From Felis catus (Eukaryota), in the NCBI RefSeq assembly GCF_018350175.1, contig NC_058368.1, positions 3,720,001-3,784,000 of the forward strand: a stretch of 64,000 bases of DNA, read 5' to 3'. The translations under genes were made by a program, and so were the position numbers. Every line of letters starts with the position of its first letter. Within the stretch, counting starts at the first letter, position 1. The notes below the pieces were generated by a model. It was not told where the DNA came from. It saw only the letters and a list, made by a program, of their open reading frames with translations, and searched no databases. Of this stretch, positions 13,461-25,119 are shown one piece after another.

Positions 13461-14054
13461 AAAGAGGAAGACAGAATCTAATAGCATGATTTGATTCTAT
13501 AGAACCAGCCATACATGGAATCAGTCTTGGACTTCCAGGTTTGTGAACCAGTTAATTCCCTTTTCATGTAAACCACCTCAAATCTAAGTTCTGTCACTAG
13601 CAAACAAAAGAAACATATATTCCTGGACATTAGAAAGACTCCATACTGGGATACCAAATCTAGATGATTTTCTAGACCTTACTACTGATAGATACACTAT
13701 GTCCCCAACGTGTGCTGTTCCTTGCTGTCTTTGTGCTTTTCACAGACATGCTGCCCACCCCGCCCCCCAACCTGGACTTTTCTATCCTTGAGTATCACTC
13801 TTATATAAATGTTACAACTTTTTGGACATCAATGAGATTCCCTGTGCATCATGGAATCTTGATTGCATGGAATCATGGATTTCTCTAACTGGATGTTTTT
13901 ATTTCCTTTTATGTTTTTTGTGTTGTGAAGGGATCATAGAAACTAGAAAGAAAATTCAGGGATATTCTCCATGATCTTTTTCAGAATGATGTTTTGAATG
14001 AAAAAGGGCATTGAAACCCCTCCTCAGCTGTCCAAGCCTTCTCACTCGCGTAGT

Positions 14055-14093
14055 GAAGGAGGTAAAGACTCCCAGAAGGAGGTAAAGACTCCC
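14055..14093 (+). repeat. 20-bp tandem duplication
   Basis: gaaggaggtaaagactccca gaaggaggtaaagactccc. Confidence 0.95.
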
Positions 14094-14361
14094 GGTAAAA
14101 GAAAATAGAGCTAGGATTCAAACTCACTCATACCTGACTCCAAATCCCATTTTTTTCTCCATGACACTTTCTCTTCTCTGGAAGAATTATGTTACCTTTT
14201 TCCTTATTCTTTTAGAGAACAATTATTTCACTCCATAGTTTATAACCTCCCCACTAGCCCTCATTTAGTGTTAAAATGCAGTAGCAATGAAAAGCTACTG
14301 GTGCTCTGTGGACTTTGGATAGGATATCACTGTCAACACCACCACAAGTCAATTGTAGGTG

Positions 14362-14579
14362 TTTTGTTTTGTTTTATTTTGTTTTGGAGAGAGAGAGAGA
14401 AAGAGCACAAGTGGAGGAAGGGCAGAGGGAGAGAGAGAGAGAGAGAGGGGGAGAATCCCAAGCAGACTCCACACCCAGCACAGAACCCAACACAGGGCTC
14501 AGTCTCGTGACCCTGGGATCATGCCCTGAGCTGAGATCGAGAGTCAGACGCTTAACTGAGTGAGTCACCCAGGCACCCC
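14362..14579 (-). mobile_element. CAN-SINE
   Basis: Head, (GA)n, T-tail. Confidence 0.93.
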
Positions 14580-16229
14580 ATTTGCAGCTTAATCTCAGCC
14601 ATTACTCCCTCATATATGGAGGCCTGACAGAATCTGGGTTAATTTTGCATCCCTGCATCCCCCCGCCCCACATGTTCTTTATTCTGATGTTCTTACCCTA
14701 ATATTCTTGGAAGAGGCTTTCTCACAGGGCACCTTCCCACAAGCGGGGAGGCGACTATTATGAGGTTAATGGCATTGCTGTTGAAGCCATCGTTCTGCCA
14801 AGAAAGACTTCGTGAAGGCAGCTGACAATCATTGCAGCAGATTTAGATGTTCCTCTGGCAAAGCTTCTGTTTATCTTGATCTGAAGCATGACGGTGTGTG
14901 AGCGTCCGATGGTAATTTTAATTAAATTTATTCACCTCCAAGGTCTTCCGTCAAATGAAATACAACCCAGATCTACTGGTTAGTACCAGAATCGTGGGCT
15001 AAAGAGGAGGCACAGAATGAAGATAAAGGATTGAAGATGAAATCTGAACTGGGGAGACCTAAGAGGTGAATGACCCCAGTGTTGCTACTGTGTTTCGTTT
15101 TTCTCAGATTTTTCTCAAAACTCACATATCCTATTCTGAGTTGTAACTGGGAGACTGAGCAGTATAGCTTCAAGAGGGCCTGCTTATCAGCAACTGAGAA
15201 GTTGACAAGATGCTTCCTGTGTTCCTTCTGTGTTCAACAATGCACTAAAACCCATGAGCCAGACAGACATCGTACATTCACAGTCATCCAAACCCGGCAT
15301 GAGATGACTTTCTAGAAGGCAGGAGAGTGTCAGCACAGAAGTACTGAGGACCTAAACAGGAGGCAGGGACTTTAATGGAGAGAGAGCTCAGATAGACTTG
15401 GCCTACTAGGGTTAGTTAGCCAAGGACCAGCCTTGCAGCGACCTGCCCATTCCTCTCCCCTAAGCCTTCCAACAGCTGCTTATCTCTCCTCCCTCTGCCT
15501 TTGCTCTTCCTCTCATTGCGTACGTTCGTTTCTTAGTTGCATATGTATCATTTGACAATATGTGGCTATTGTCATTGAGCATGCACATAAGGAAAAAAAT
15601 TACATATATATATTGCATGTATATACATAGGTACATACACGTATGTATATATACGGCACTAGGCCCACCAAGAATGTTTTTATTGATAAAGAATGGAGAG
15701 AAGCGATTGGTAATAAATCAGACCATAGGGTTTATTTCTGCTCCCACAAACTACCCACAAGCCCCCACGGTTCCAAGGATATGAGATGACATTTGACCAT
15801 TAGGTAGTGTGCTTACGGTCTTCTTCACGGAAGTGAGCAGTGTGTATCTGGAGATGTGTCCCAAAAAGAAAACTTACTACTACTCTCTTCAAAAAGGTCA
15901 CAGAAGTGCTTTGACCATTGATTTAAAGTTGTCGCTTCATTTGGACACATATTCCTATCCTTGATGTTCTCTTATTCTTACAGTTTTCTGTGGTTATAGT
16001 TAATACGATGATAATTCATTCCCTACTACCCTAAGAGTTCAATAATCTTATGAAATTTAGAAGGAATATTTTCAACAGCTCTGGGCCATTGATTGATTCT
16101 TGTCTACACATGGGAACTATGCATAAACTGAGACGATTCATCTGAGCCTATTTAATCTGATCGGCCCCGTGTCTCTTCCTATTTTATTTTTATTTTTTAA
16201 TAATCTGGTCTTGCCCTGAAAGGATCTAC

Positions 16230-16437
16230 TTTTTTTTGTCAGCTTGTGTATTTATTTTGAGAGGGAAAGAATGCATAAGCAGGGGAGGGACAGAGAGAGA
16301 GGGGGAGAGAGGGAGTCCCAAGCAGGCTCTGCACCGTCAAAGCTAGAGCTCTCTGCAGGGCTCCGACCCACAAACCGTGAGATCATGACCTGAGAGGAAG
16401 TTGGACCCTTGACAGACTGAGCCATCGGGCACCTGTC
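16230..16437 (-). mobile_element. CAN-SINE
   Basis: TSD ccctgaaa(g/a)gatc(t/c)actttt. Confidence 0.95.
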
Positions 16438-16660
16438 CCTGAAAAGATCCACTTTTAAAACTTTGACTCTTTTGCCTGGATTGTGTAACCTATTGTCTTG
16501 TCATTATGATAAAAGTGACTTCAACTGTTAACATTGTTAAAAACTCAGGGCTACCCTATCATTCTTGTTATAAGTATTAAAGACACCTAAGATATTTCAT
16601 TTTGTAGGTAATGAGAACAATTCTGTGTAATTAGCTGTCCTTCTTTAAGATATTTGGCTC

Positions 16661-16818
16661 AGGGGTGGCTGGGTGGCTCACTTAAGTGCCCGACTCTTGA
16701 TTTTGGCTTGGATCATGATCTCAAGATTCATGGGTCGGGCTCTGAGCTTACTGGGCTGAGCCTGCTTGGGATTCTCTCTCTCCCTTTCTCTCTGCCTCTT
16801 CCCCCACGTGTGCATGCA

Positions 16819-16864
<46 letters not shown>

Positions 16865-16878
16865 AAATAAAGAAAGAA
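16661..16878 (+). mobile_element. CAN-SINE
   Basis: TSD tatttggctca. Confidence 0.93.
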
Positions 16879-17074
16879 AAGGTATTTGGCTCATTTCATT
16901 ATTTTAGAATATACTATTGAAATCTCTTTCTATTTGGTTACTTTGTATTGACATCTAATGTTGTTTACTATGGAGCTTTGTTTCAATCTCATTGTAGGTA
17001 TGATCACTAGCACTGTGTCGAGTATGTTCTCTAGAATTATTTACATGACTCAGGGTCACGTGTGAGGGATGCTA

Positions 17075-17225
17075 TCCGAGCATGACCCCAGATCAGCAGC
17101 TCCAGCATCACTTAAGATGCGGTTCTGGGGCCCCACCCCAATCCTAAGAAATCAAATTCTGGGGTGGTGCTCAGCGATCTGTGTTGCAGCAAGCCTTTCT
17201 AAATCTAAAACTTGAGAGGCATTCT
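17075..17225 (+). mobile_element. MER5A-like hAT relic
   Basis: cagcatcact...tctggggccccacccca...gaaatcaaattctggggtgg...atctgtgttgcagcaagcc. Confidence 0.7.
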
Positions 17226-17244
17226 TTTAAAACACTTGTGTTTT

Positions 17245-17560
17245 ATCTGCACTGAGCATGAAGCCTGCTTAATATTCTCTCTCTCTCTCTCTCTGTCTCT
17301 AAAAAATAAATAAACATTAAAAAATTAAAATTAAAATGATGGGTGTTGTGACCACCTGGGTGACTCAGTCCGTTAAGTGTCTGACTCTTGATTTTGGCTC
17401 AGGTCATAATCTCATAGTTTGTGAGTTCGAGCCCCACAATGGGCTCTTTGGAGCATGGAGTCTGCTTGGGATTCTGTCTCCTCTCTCTGCCCCTCCCCTG
17501 CTGGCCCTCTGTATCTTTCTCAAGATAAATAAAAGTAAACTTTAAAATTAATTAATTAAT
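17245..17560 (+). mobile_element. Truncated CAN-SINE followed by a full CAN-SINE (17350-17560)
   Basis: Second copy has TSD aaaatgatg(g/a)gtgttgtg. Confidence 0.92.
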
Positions 17561-17964
17561 TAAAAATGATGAGTGTTGTGTCTTTGCCCCCCTGACTTGT
17601 TTTATAGTTTAAGTTTGGGAAAAATATCTATTGCAGAGATTACAATGGGAAAGTTCCGGGTGTGGAAAGCAGGTTTGGCTACACAGAAGGAAGGGTCCAT
17701 ACACATAAGGAATGATCACATGTAAGAAGAAACTCTAAATGAAGGGAGCAGAATGTACAAAGCTGTACCAGAAAGCAAATCTGGGCTTAGGCTATGAAAC
17801 CATAAACATGGCAGTCCAGTTAGATTACAAGGTTTATATGAGGGAAGACTTATAAAGTGCCACGTAATATCAGGACAACATTTGAAAAGAACCCTGAAGT
17901 CATGGCGGAAGAGTTTGCATACGATCCTTCAGGTATAAGGAAGCATCAGCAATTTGAAAAGTGA

Positions 17965-18182
17965 AGATAGCCAACCTCTTCACATATCTTCATGTGGCAG
18001 AAGAGGGGTGAGAGAGAGCTCTCTGGGGTTCCTTTTACAAGGGAATTAACCCCATCCATGAGGGGTCCAGCCTCATGACCTAATCGCCTCCAGGTCCCAC
18101 CTCCTCATACCATCAAATCAGGGGTTAGGATGTCAGTGTATGAATCTGGAGGGTGGGGCACAAACGTTCAGTCCACAACATT
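17965..18182 (-). mobile_element. MaLR LTR fragment (MLT1A-like)
   Basis: Homologous to 10480-10670. Confidence 0.8.
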
Positions 18183-18541
18183 CTGAGACAATGGACAAAG
18201 CTCAAATTGTTTTGCAATATTCGGAAAGATCTGTCGAAGTAACTGATGACAGCAGCGGTGAATAAGGTAACAGCTGCTGAACTACAGAGCCTGCATTCTG
18301 CTGACGTCAATGCGGGTTCATACTCTAGAAGTGCTCACCTAGAATTGATTTTTAAGAGCTACTGTGTATATATTACATACATGACATACATTATATATAT
18401 GTATTTATTTAAAGATTTATTACTTATTTAAATTATACATGTTAATATAATATAACATCATAATATCTGTTATATAATAATATAGTATATATATATATTA
18501 GGCACTTTCTCTATGCCTGGCTCTACATTAAATAATTTGCA

Positions 18542-18745
18542 GGGGTGCCTGGGTGGCTCAGTCAGTTAGGCATCCGACTTCAGGTCATGATCTCACGGTT
18601 TGTGGGTTTGAGCCCTGCATCGGGCTCTGTGCTGATGGCTCAGAGCCTGGAGCCTGCTTCAGATTCTGTGTCTCCCTCTTGCTCTGACCCTCAGGAGCTC
18701 TCTCGCTCTCTCTGTCCAAAATAAACATTTAAAAAATGAAAATAA
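18542..18745 (+). mobile_element. CAN-SINE
   Basis: Head, (CT)n, tail. Confidence 0.95.
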
Positions 18746-18747
18746 AA

Positions 18748-18905
18748 AGAATTTTCAAATATGCCCTCTCTTAATCCTATGAGCTATGATTACTGAAGCT
18801 GAAGTCTTGAAGAGTAGGTGACATCAAGGTGACACAGAAAATGGCAGGCCTAGAACTTGGACCCGTTCTGTTGGTCACCAAAGTGTATGACTTCAACCAC
18901 TCTCC
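18748..18905 (-). mobile_element. MIR relic
   Basis: tcttaatcct...gaagctgaagtc...caaggtgacacag..aatggcagg. Confidence 0.55.
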
Positions 18906-20177
18906 TGGCATAAAACAAACTCCTTTACTTCCTGATAAATTATATACATTCATTTATTTGAATTCCTCTATTGCACCTCAAAAAACAAGCGTATTATTCC
19001 GCTAAAGATAGTCTTTATATTTCAAACAATTTGTTCATGATATTAACTAAAGAAAATTGTTGTACAAGAAACACGCTTTCAATTCTAACACTTTCATATC
19101 GTCCCAGAACAGGCAGCGAAGTGTTGGGGAACACTGTCTTCATTCCAACCAAACATAAGCCTTACTTCTGGTCACAATCCAAATTGAAGACACTCCAGTC
19201 TAGAAATATCTGTTCCAACTGCTAACTAAGCTACTTACTAGGGATTCATAAATTAAAAGTGAAATGGATAAAAATATAAACACTGTGACAAAATTAGGTA
19301 GGGCATTAGATTTATTTCCTATTTACTTGAAAAGGTTATCATAAATATCCCCGATCAAAAGAGTGGCAAACTGTAAATCAAGCTTATTTTCTTCTCGAAT
19401 TATCTTTACATTTAATTTATTTCAAAGTTCTTTACTTCATACACTTGTTATTCCTGCATGACATACATGTCTAAAATCGAGAGGCATGTTTTAACCTTTT
19501 AAAAGCTCGTCTATAACTCAATCATCTACATTCCCTGAATCAAAAGTTAATTATGTTTATTTCTTGACCCTTAGATACTGAGAAACTGTCATTTGCTTGG
19601 GGATAGATGTCTACTGACAGATATCACTTAATGACCCTAAAATAAATGTGTTAAATGTCATCACGATTAATAGTAATTTTCAATTGAATATAAATAAAAG
19701 TATTGTTTAAAGTGACAAAAGCTCCTCATAAACAAAGGAAATTCTGGGAGGGGCCTATCTTCCTGGGATATTTTTGGAAGAAAAATTAAAATTTTGGAAG
19801 CATTTCTTCAAAAACTTCAATGCTAAAAATTACTTTTTGCATAGTCAAATAAACATACGAAATATAAAATCTTTGCTTTTTCTCATCACTGAGTGTAGAA
19901 TTCAAATTTCTGTCCTGTGTCAGACTTCACTATACCTTTTTGAGAAAACTGTCAGATAAACTCAGCCTATGATTTGGGTAAAAAATATTTAAATCCTTTT
20001 TATGTTGAGTGTTTCAGTTCTCTTGCTGAACTGACCTAATACAAAGATATTCAAAGATAATACAATACAAATACAAATAATTCAAAGATAATTCTTTGAA
20101 ACAATGGTTCATATAAGTAATCATATTTAATGTTTCCAACCTCATATAAGTTAGCCATTTAAAATTTACGTACTTCT

Positions 20178-20412
20178 GGGGCGCCTGGGTGGCTTGGTCG
20201 GTTAAGCGTCAGACTTTGGCTCAGGTCATGATCTCACAGTCCGTGAGTTCGAGCCCCACGTCGGGCTCTGTGCTGACAGCTCAGAGCCTGGAGCCTGTTT
20301 TGGATTCTGTGTCTCCCTCTCTCTCTGCCCCTCCCCTGTTCATGCTCTGTCTCTCTCTGTCTCAAAAATAAATAAACGTTAGAAAAAATAAATAAATAAA
20401 TAAAAATAAAAT
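20178..20412 (+). mobile_element. CAN-SINE
   Basis: TSD aaaatttacgtacttct. Confidence 0.97.
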
Positions 20413-20649
20413 AAAATTTACGTACTTCTAAGGGAGAATAAATTTAACATGCTTGAAATAAAATAATAGAAGTAAAACTTACTTTGTCAAATACTATTAG
20501 GTACTTGCTATTGGGCAGATAACATGTCAGAATTGTATTTGCAAGTCGAAAACTGTAGCCATTATTAGAGAAGTCACTGGATCTATTTTTACAAAATATT
20601 TTTTTTCCAATTACGAAAGGAATCCATGTTACTCTTGGGTAATTTGAAA

Positions 20650-20980
20650 AATATGGATAAAATGTGAAAATGATGCTCCGTATCGTTAGCCATTAGAGAA
20701 ATACAAATGAAACCCACAATAAGATACAAAATACATGGAGAAAAAGCTGACAGACTGACGAGAGAAATGGACAATTCAGCAATAATATGGGAGACTTTAA
20801 CATAGCACTTACAATAATGAATAGAGCAACTAGACTAAATACCAAATAGGAAGTAGAATACTTCAATCGACACTGTAAAGCAACTAGTCTCAAGGTAGAG
20901 CACGCCCCCAACAACAAGCACCGGAACACGAATTCTTCTCAAGGGCACATGGAACATTCTCCAGGATACACCATATGTTA
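20650..20980 (+). mobile_element. L1 ORF2 remnants (host of the provirus; continues at 25040-25090)
   Basis: ggagactttaaca...cacatggaacattctccaggata endonuclease-region phrases. Confidence 0.8.
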
Positions 20981-21684
20981 TGAAGCCTCCTCAGGCCCTC
21001 TGGCCAACCCAGTAGTGTACAAACTTTTCTTGGACCGCCTGATCAATGAACTAAACCTTTCTTTGCATAACTACAGACCATGCATTCTGTCCTAGAGAGA
21101 CCAGAGCACTTTTGCACATCATCGGGCTTTCTTGCACAACCTCCCTTGGGCACCAAGAAACCAGAACCTCTTGCACAACCTCCAAGCACTGAGATAACTC
21201 TGTCACTGGCATCCTTGAGTCTTCACGAAATCAAGAAAGGTTGCAGACCACAGCACTTCCATAACTGATTAAGTGGCTTTAAGAGTCTCTGGGCCAGGGG
21301 CACCTGGGTGGCTCAGTCAATGAAGCACCCGACTCTTGGTTTCGGCTCAGGTCATGATCTCACCATCATGAGTTCAAGCCCTGCACTGGGCTCTGTGTTA
21401 ACAGTGCAGAGCCTGCTTAGGATTCTCTCCCTCTCCCTCTCTCTCTCTGCCTTCTCCCGCTCATGTACCCGAGTGCTCTCTCTCTCACTCTCTCTCAAAT
21501 AAATAAACATTAAAAAAAAAAAAAAAGTCCCTGGGCCAGACAGGAATGGTGGAGTTGACCTGGGAATAAGAGTCTGCCTTCTCAGATGGCTGGTCTCCTG
21601 AATCAAGCTCATGTTCCTTTCTCGTCAAAACTTGGCTCTTGAGAATTGGCCTTCAGAGTGAGCTGAACTTGGGTTTTGGTAACA
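20981..21684 (+). mobile_element. 5' LTR of provirus (interrupted by SINE at 21297-21525)
   Basis: Starts TGAAGCC and ends GGTAACA. Collinear with 24485-25039 (shared aaacctttcttt, catgcattct..cctagagaga, gcactgagataact). Confidence 0.9.
21297..21525 (+). mobile_element. CAN-SINE in 5' LTR
   Basis: TSD agtc(t/c)ctgggccag. Confidence 0.96.
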
Positions 21685-21688
21685 AATT

Positions 21689-21706
21689 TGGCAAATGAGC
21701 CAGGAG
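21689..21706 (+). promoter_or_regulatory. Primer binding site, tRNA-Arg-like
   Basis: TGGCAAATGAGCCAGGAG begins 4 nt after the LTR end. It matches 14/18 to TGGCGAGCCAGCCAGGAG, the recalled complement of the tRNA-Arg(ACG) 3' end. Confidence 0.7.
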
Positions 21707-22212
21707 AGCTACCACGCCACGCTTGGATGGGCAAAACCGCGGGACCTGCAGCGTGCCAGGGCTGACTCTTTGCTTCGGGACGAGTCATTCTGATGGTCAA
21801 GGGAGACCCGCTGCTCCATGCCGGTTGGCCCTGGAAGGGAGCCTGGGAGGACTGACCAGTCCCGCAGCTGCCAACACTGTTTTCATCTCAGAGAATCTCC
21901 CTGATGATTCCTAAGCTACCTACACCAACTGCCAGTCTGGCATCTTGGTTTCGGTGACAAGGAAAGGAGGACTTGGGAAAGCCCATGAGCTTCCGGACGG
22001 GGTAAGTCCCTCAGAGTGCCCAACGCGCCCCTGCATGTTTCTCATTTGTAAAGCACTGGGTGCTTCTGTTTTGTTGCTCTTACTTTTTCCCATTAGAAAG
22101 GCATGGCTTTGGGGAGAAACTAAAAGGGACCTGAATAATGGTCACTCTATTTGGCATCTGGAACAGATCTATTTTGGTGGGGGTGGGTGGCGTTGTGTTA
22201 AATTTTTGTACA

Positions 22213-22343
22213 ATGGGAGGTTCTACCTCTGTCTCACCAACAGCCCACTGGGTCGTATTTTGAATAAATGGAAAGAATATAACCAGAAGCTCACAATTAA
22301 GAAAAGGATGACGTTTTTACTGTAACACAGCCTGGCCTATGTA
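22213..22343 (+). pseudogene. gag: ERV gag matrix remnant, copy 1
   Basis: MGGSTSVSP /fs/ NSPLGRILNKWKEYNQKLTIKKRMTF /fs/ YCNTAWPM* matches the class I ERV MA motif SPLGxILxxW...KKxxxFxCNTAWPxY. Confidence 0.85.
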
Positions 22344-22445
22344 GATCAATGAGCCCCTCAATTTGGGGGAAGAACAAACGGTCACAGATTCGTCTTGTTA
22401 TGATTTTGTTTCTCCTGGGTTCTTCCCGAACTTTCGCCTAGGAAG

Positions 22446-23250
22446 ATGGGGACTACTCCTTCTGTTCCCAAAGAAAGCCCATTAGGACATATTTTAAATA
22501 GGGGCACCCGGGTGGCTCAGTCAGCTAAGCGACCAACCTTTGATTTCAGCCCAGATCATGGCCTCACAGTTCAGTTTGTAAGATTGAGCCCCATGTCGCG
22601 CTCTGTGCCGAAATCGAAGAGTCTGCCTGGGATTCTCCATCTCCATCTCTCTCTGCCCCTCCCCCCACTCTCTCAATAAATAAATAAATAAATAAACTTT
22701 TGAAAAAGGACACGTTTTGGGCGCCTGGGTGCCTCAGTCGGGTAAGCATCCACCTTCGGCTCAGGTCATGGTCTCGTGGTTCCTGAGTTCGAGCCCCACG
22801 TCGGGCTCCACTCTCGGTGCACAGCCCGCTACAGATCCTCTGTCTCCCTTTCTCTCTGCCCCTCCCCAGCCGGCACTCTCTCTTTCTCTGTCTCTGCCAA
22901 AATTACATGGTGCAAAGACCTAAAAAGAGTCCGAGAAAAAAACCTGTTCTGCAGGAGGGAGAGGCAGGAGACAGAGATAAGGGAAGGGTGTCCTTCGAAC
23001 TTTTTAAATCCACCTGCACTCTTGGTGGCAACACCCTGCCAGCTCTGCCTCCCCTCCCCCTCCGCTGGTTCCCACAAGGCCAAGGCCGAGGCTCCCATAA
23101 CCAGCTCCAGTGCCGACCTGGGTCCTCAGGCACCACAGGCTCCTCCTCTCCTCTATGTCAAGGAGCTCCAAGCACCTCAAGCCGTTAGGCCCCCTCCTGA
23201 GGAGGTTCAAACCGAAGGCCTCCCAAATCAGCATGAGGGGCCCGGGGCTC
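22446..23250 (+). pseudogene. gag: ERV gag remnant, copy 2 (MA start, two SINE insertions, proline-rich p12-like segment)
   Basis: MGTTPSVPKESPLGHILN is followed by SINEs, then a C-rich, proline-coding stretch at about 23000-23220. Confidence 0.75.
22501..22895 (+). mobile_element. Two tandem CAN-SINEs in gag (22501-22705; 22718-22895 lacking its A-tail)
   Basis: The second SINE follows the partial right TSD (aggaca..tttt) of the first. Confidence 0.93.
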
Positions 23251-23276
23251 CCCTGGATTGAAACTGCCCACTTGAG

Positions 23277-23362
23277 ATTTCCCCACAGGAGCCCTCCGGA
23301 AAACTGACTTCAGGGAACAAATTGATCGACTTTCGGGGGACGCAGGTGTAGCATATTTGGTA
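23277..23362 (+). pseudogene. pro: ERV protease remnant
   Basis: ISPQEPSGKLTSGNKLIDFR /fs/ DAGVAYLV resembles the gamma-type protease N-terminus EPxVxLxVGxxxIDFLVDTGAxYSV. Confidence 0.75.
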
Positions 23363-23583
23363 TCAAAGCTAATTTGAGTTGGTTGGGTTCATTAAATCAG
23401 ACGTGTTTCTAGAGTGATTCACTCTAAATATAAACATCTTTATTCTACCAAGGTTTGCGAAAGGTCAAATAAGCTCATGTTATTTCTGTTGTAATTTTGC
23501 TGGCAAAAGATGGCTTACAATGATTAATTTTGTCTCATAGTGTTCTCATGAGTAATCGCTGGGACCACTTTTAACATCTTTGA

Positions 23584-23850
23584 GGGGCGCCCGGGGTTGG
23601 TCAGTCGGTTGGTTAAGTGTCCAACTCGTAGTTTCAGCTCAGGTCATGATCTCACGGTCTGTGGGTTCAAGCCCTGCATCGGGCTCCATGCCAACAGTGT
23701 GGAGTGTGGAGCCTGGAACCTGCTTCAGATTCTGTGTCTCCCTTTCTCTCTGCCCCTCCACAGCTTGAGCTTTCTCTCTCTCTCTCTCACTTTCTCTCTC
23801 TCTCTCTCTCCCTCTCTCTCAAAAATAAATAAACATTATTTTTTTTTAAA
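23584..23850 (+). mobile_element. CAN-SINE in provirus
   Basis: Head, long (CT)n, tail. Confidence 0.94.
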
Positions 23851-23868
23851 TCTTTGGGAACTTGAAAC

Positions 23869-24059
23869 TTTTTTTAATATAATTTATTATCAAGCTGGCT
23901 TGTTCATTTTAGCCACTCTGACTGGTGTGAGGTGATATCTCAGTGTGGCTTTGATTTGTATTTCCCTGATGAGGAGTGATGTTGAGCATCTTTCATGTGT
24001 CTGTTGGCCATCTGGATTCTTCTTTGGAAAAGTGTCTATTCATGTCTTCTGCCCATTTC
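23869..24059 (-). mobile_element. Internally deleted feline L1 fragment inside the provirus
   Basis: 23869-23899 is the reverse complement of the L1 terminal signal plus A-tail. 23900-24059 closely matches L1 ORF2 at 49549-49710. Confidence 0.8.
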
Positions 24060-24311
24060 ACAGAACTTACATATCCCATAAAACAGTGCTGTGTATATGT
24101 CCCAAATTACTCAAAAAATATAACTGAAGTAATGAAAGATTTAGGTAAACACATCATAGCTATAGATGTAGATACCTTTAGCAATTGGCTAAATTCAATA
24201 CCATCCAAATGGAAGTATACAATACTAAGCATTGCTATGTTTCTTGTTCTCGTTGGTTGTTGTTTGATTTTTCGCATCTTGTCAAGCAGGAGCTGGCACT
24301 ATTCATACTAG
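24060..24311 (+). pseudogene. env: ERV env TM C-terminal remnant
   Basis: QCCVYVPNYSKNITEVMKDL...FSNWLNSIPSKWKYTILSIAMFLVLVGCCLIF: CC motif, N-glycosylation sequons, W-rich membrane-proximal segment and hydrophobic anchor, just upstream of the 3' LTR. Confidence 0.85.
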
Positions 24312-24484
24312 CTTGGAGATGCCCCCTTCAGTGGAAAAGCTGGAAACAAGAGTCTCCAACTGTGTAAGAGTCCTTCCATCCCAAACTCCCTACATTGTCC
24401 CTGATCAGCAGAAAGTGGACACAGAAGATGGACCTTTGCCCCTAATTCCACAGATATGGAATGATGAGATTGACAGTGGGGAAT

Positions 24485-25039
24485 TGAAGCCACTGCCTTG
24501 GCCCCTCTTGCCAACCTAGTAGTCTTTATACTTTAGCGAGCACTCTGAGCCTATGTGATCGACGAATTAAACCTTTCTTTGTATACCTATAGATCATGCA
24601 TTCTTTCCTAGAGAGAACAGAGCACTTCTGCTAGTCACCAGGCTCTCTCACACAACCTCTCCTGGGTCCCAAAGAACCAGACTATCTTTCACAACCTCCC
24701 CCAGTTACCGAGGAACCGAATCGTCTATGCGCTGCCCCACCCCCAGGCACCAAGGAACTAGGACTTCTTGCAAAACCCCAGAGCACTGAGATAACTTTGT
24801 AGCTGGCATCATTGAGTCTGCTGTAATCAAGAAATGTCACAGGCCACTGAACTCCCTTCACTGATTAAACCCCTTAATATCTCTGGGCTAGGCAGAAATG
24901 GCTTTTGGACAATAGTCTGCCTTCTCCCCAAGTGGCCAGCCTCCTGAATAAAGCTCCTATGCCTTTTCAATCAAAACTCACCTCTTGAGTATTGGCCTCA
25001 ATATTGAGGGATGGGTAGCCAAATTTGGGGTTAGTAACA
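24485..25039 (+). mobile_element. 3' LTR of provirus
   Basis: Follows gacagtggggaat. Starts TGAAGCC, has AATAAA at about 24947, ends AGTAACA. Confidence 0.9.
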
Positions 25040-25119
25040 GCTGGACTATAAAACGAGCCTCAATACATGTGAAGGGATTGAAATTATGGAAGTAAACCAT
25101 AATGGTATCCTTCCCTATA

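Larger units (their letters stand above)
20981..25039 (+). mobile_element. Deleted class I (ERV1/gamma-like) endogenous provirus inserted into an L1 ORF2 remnant
   Basis: Two related LTRs (TGAAGCC...GTAACA), PBS, gag/pro/env remnants, purine-rich tract before the 3' LTR. Flanking L1 sequence resumes in register (ccatatgtta | gctggactataaaac), consistent with a decayed 4-bp TSD. Confidence 0.9.

Noticed and set aside
14697..14880. Possible minus-strand exon (AG ... GG|GTAAGA)
   Set aside because: All three frames contain stops and no protein similarity is recognisable.
24060..24311. Env remnant as a syncytin-like domesticated gene
   Set aside because: It lacks signal peptide, SU, furin site, fusion peptide and immunosuppressive domain.
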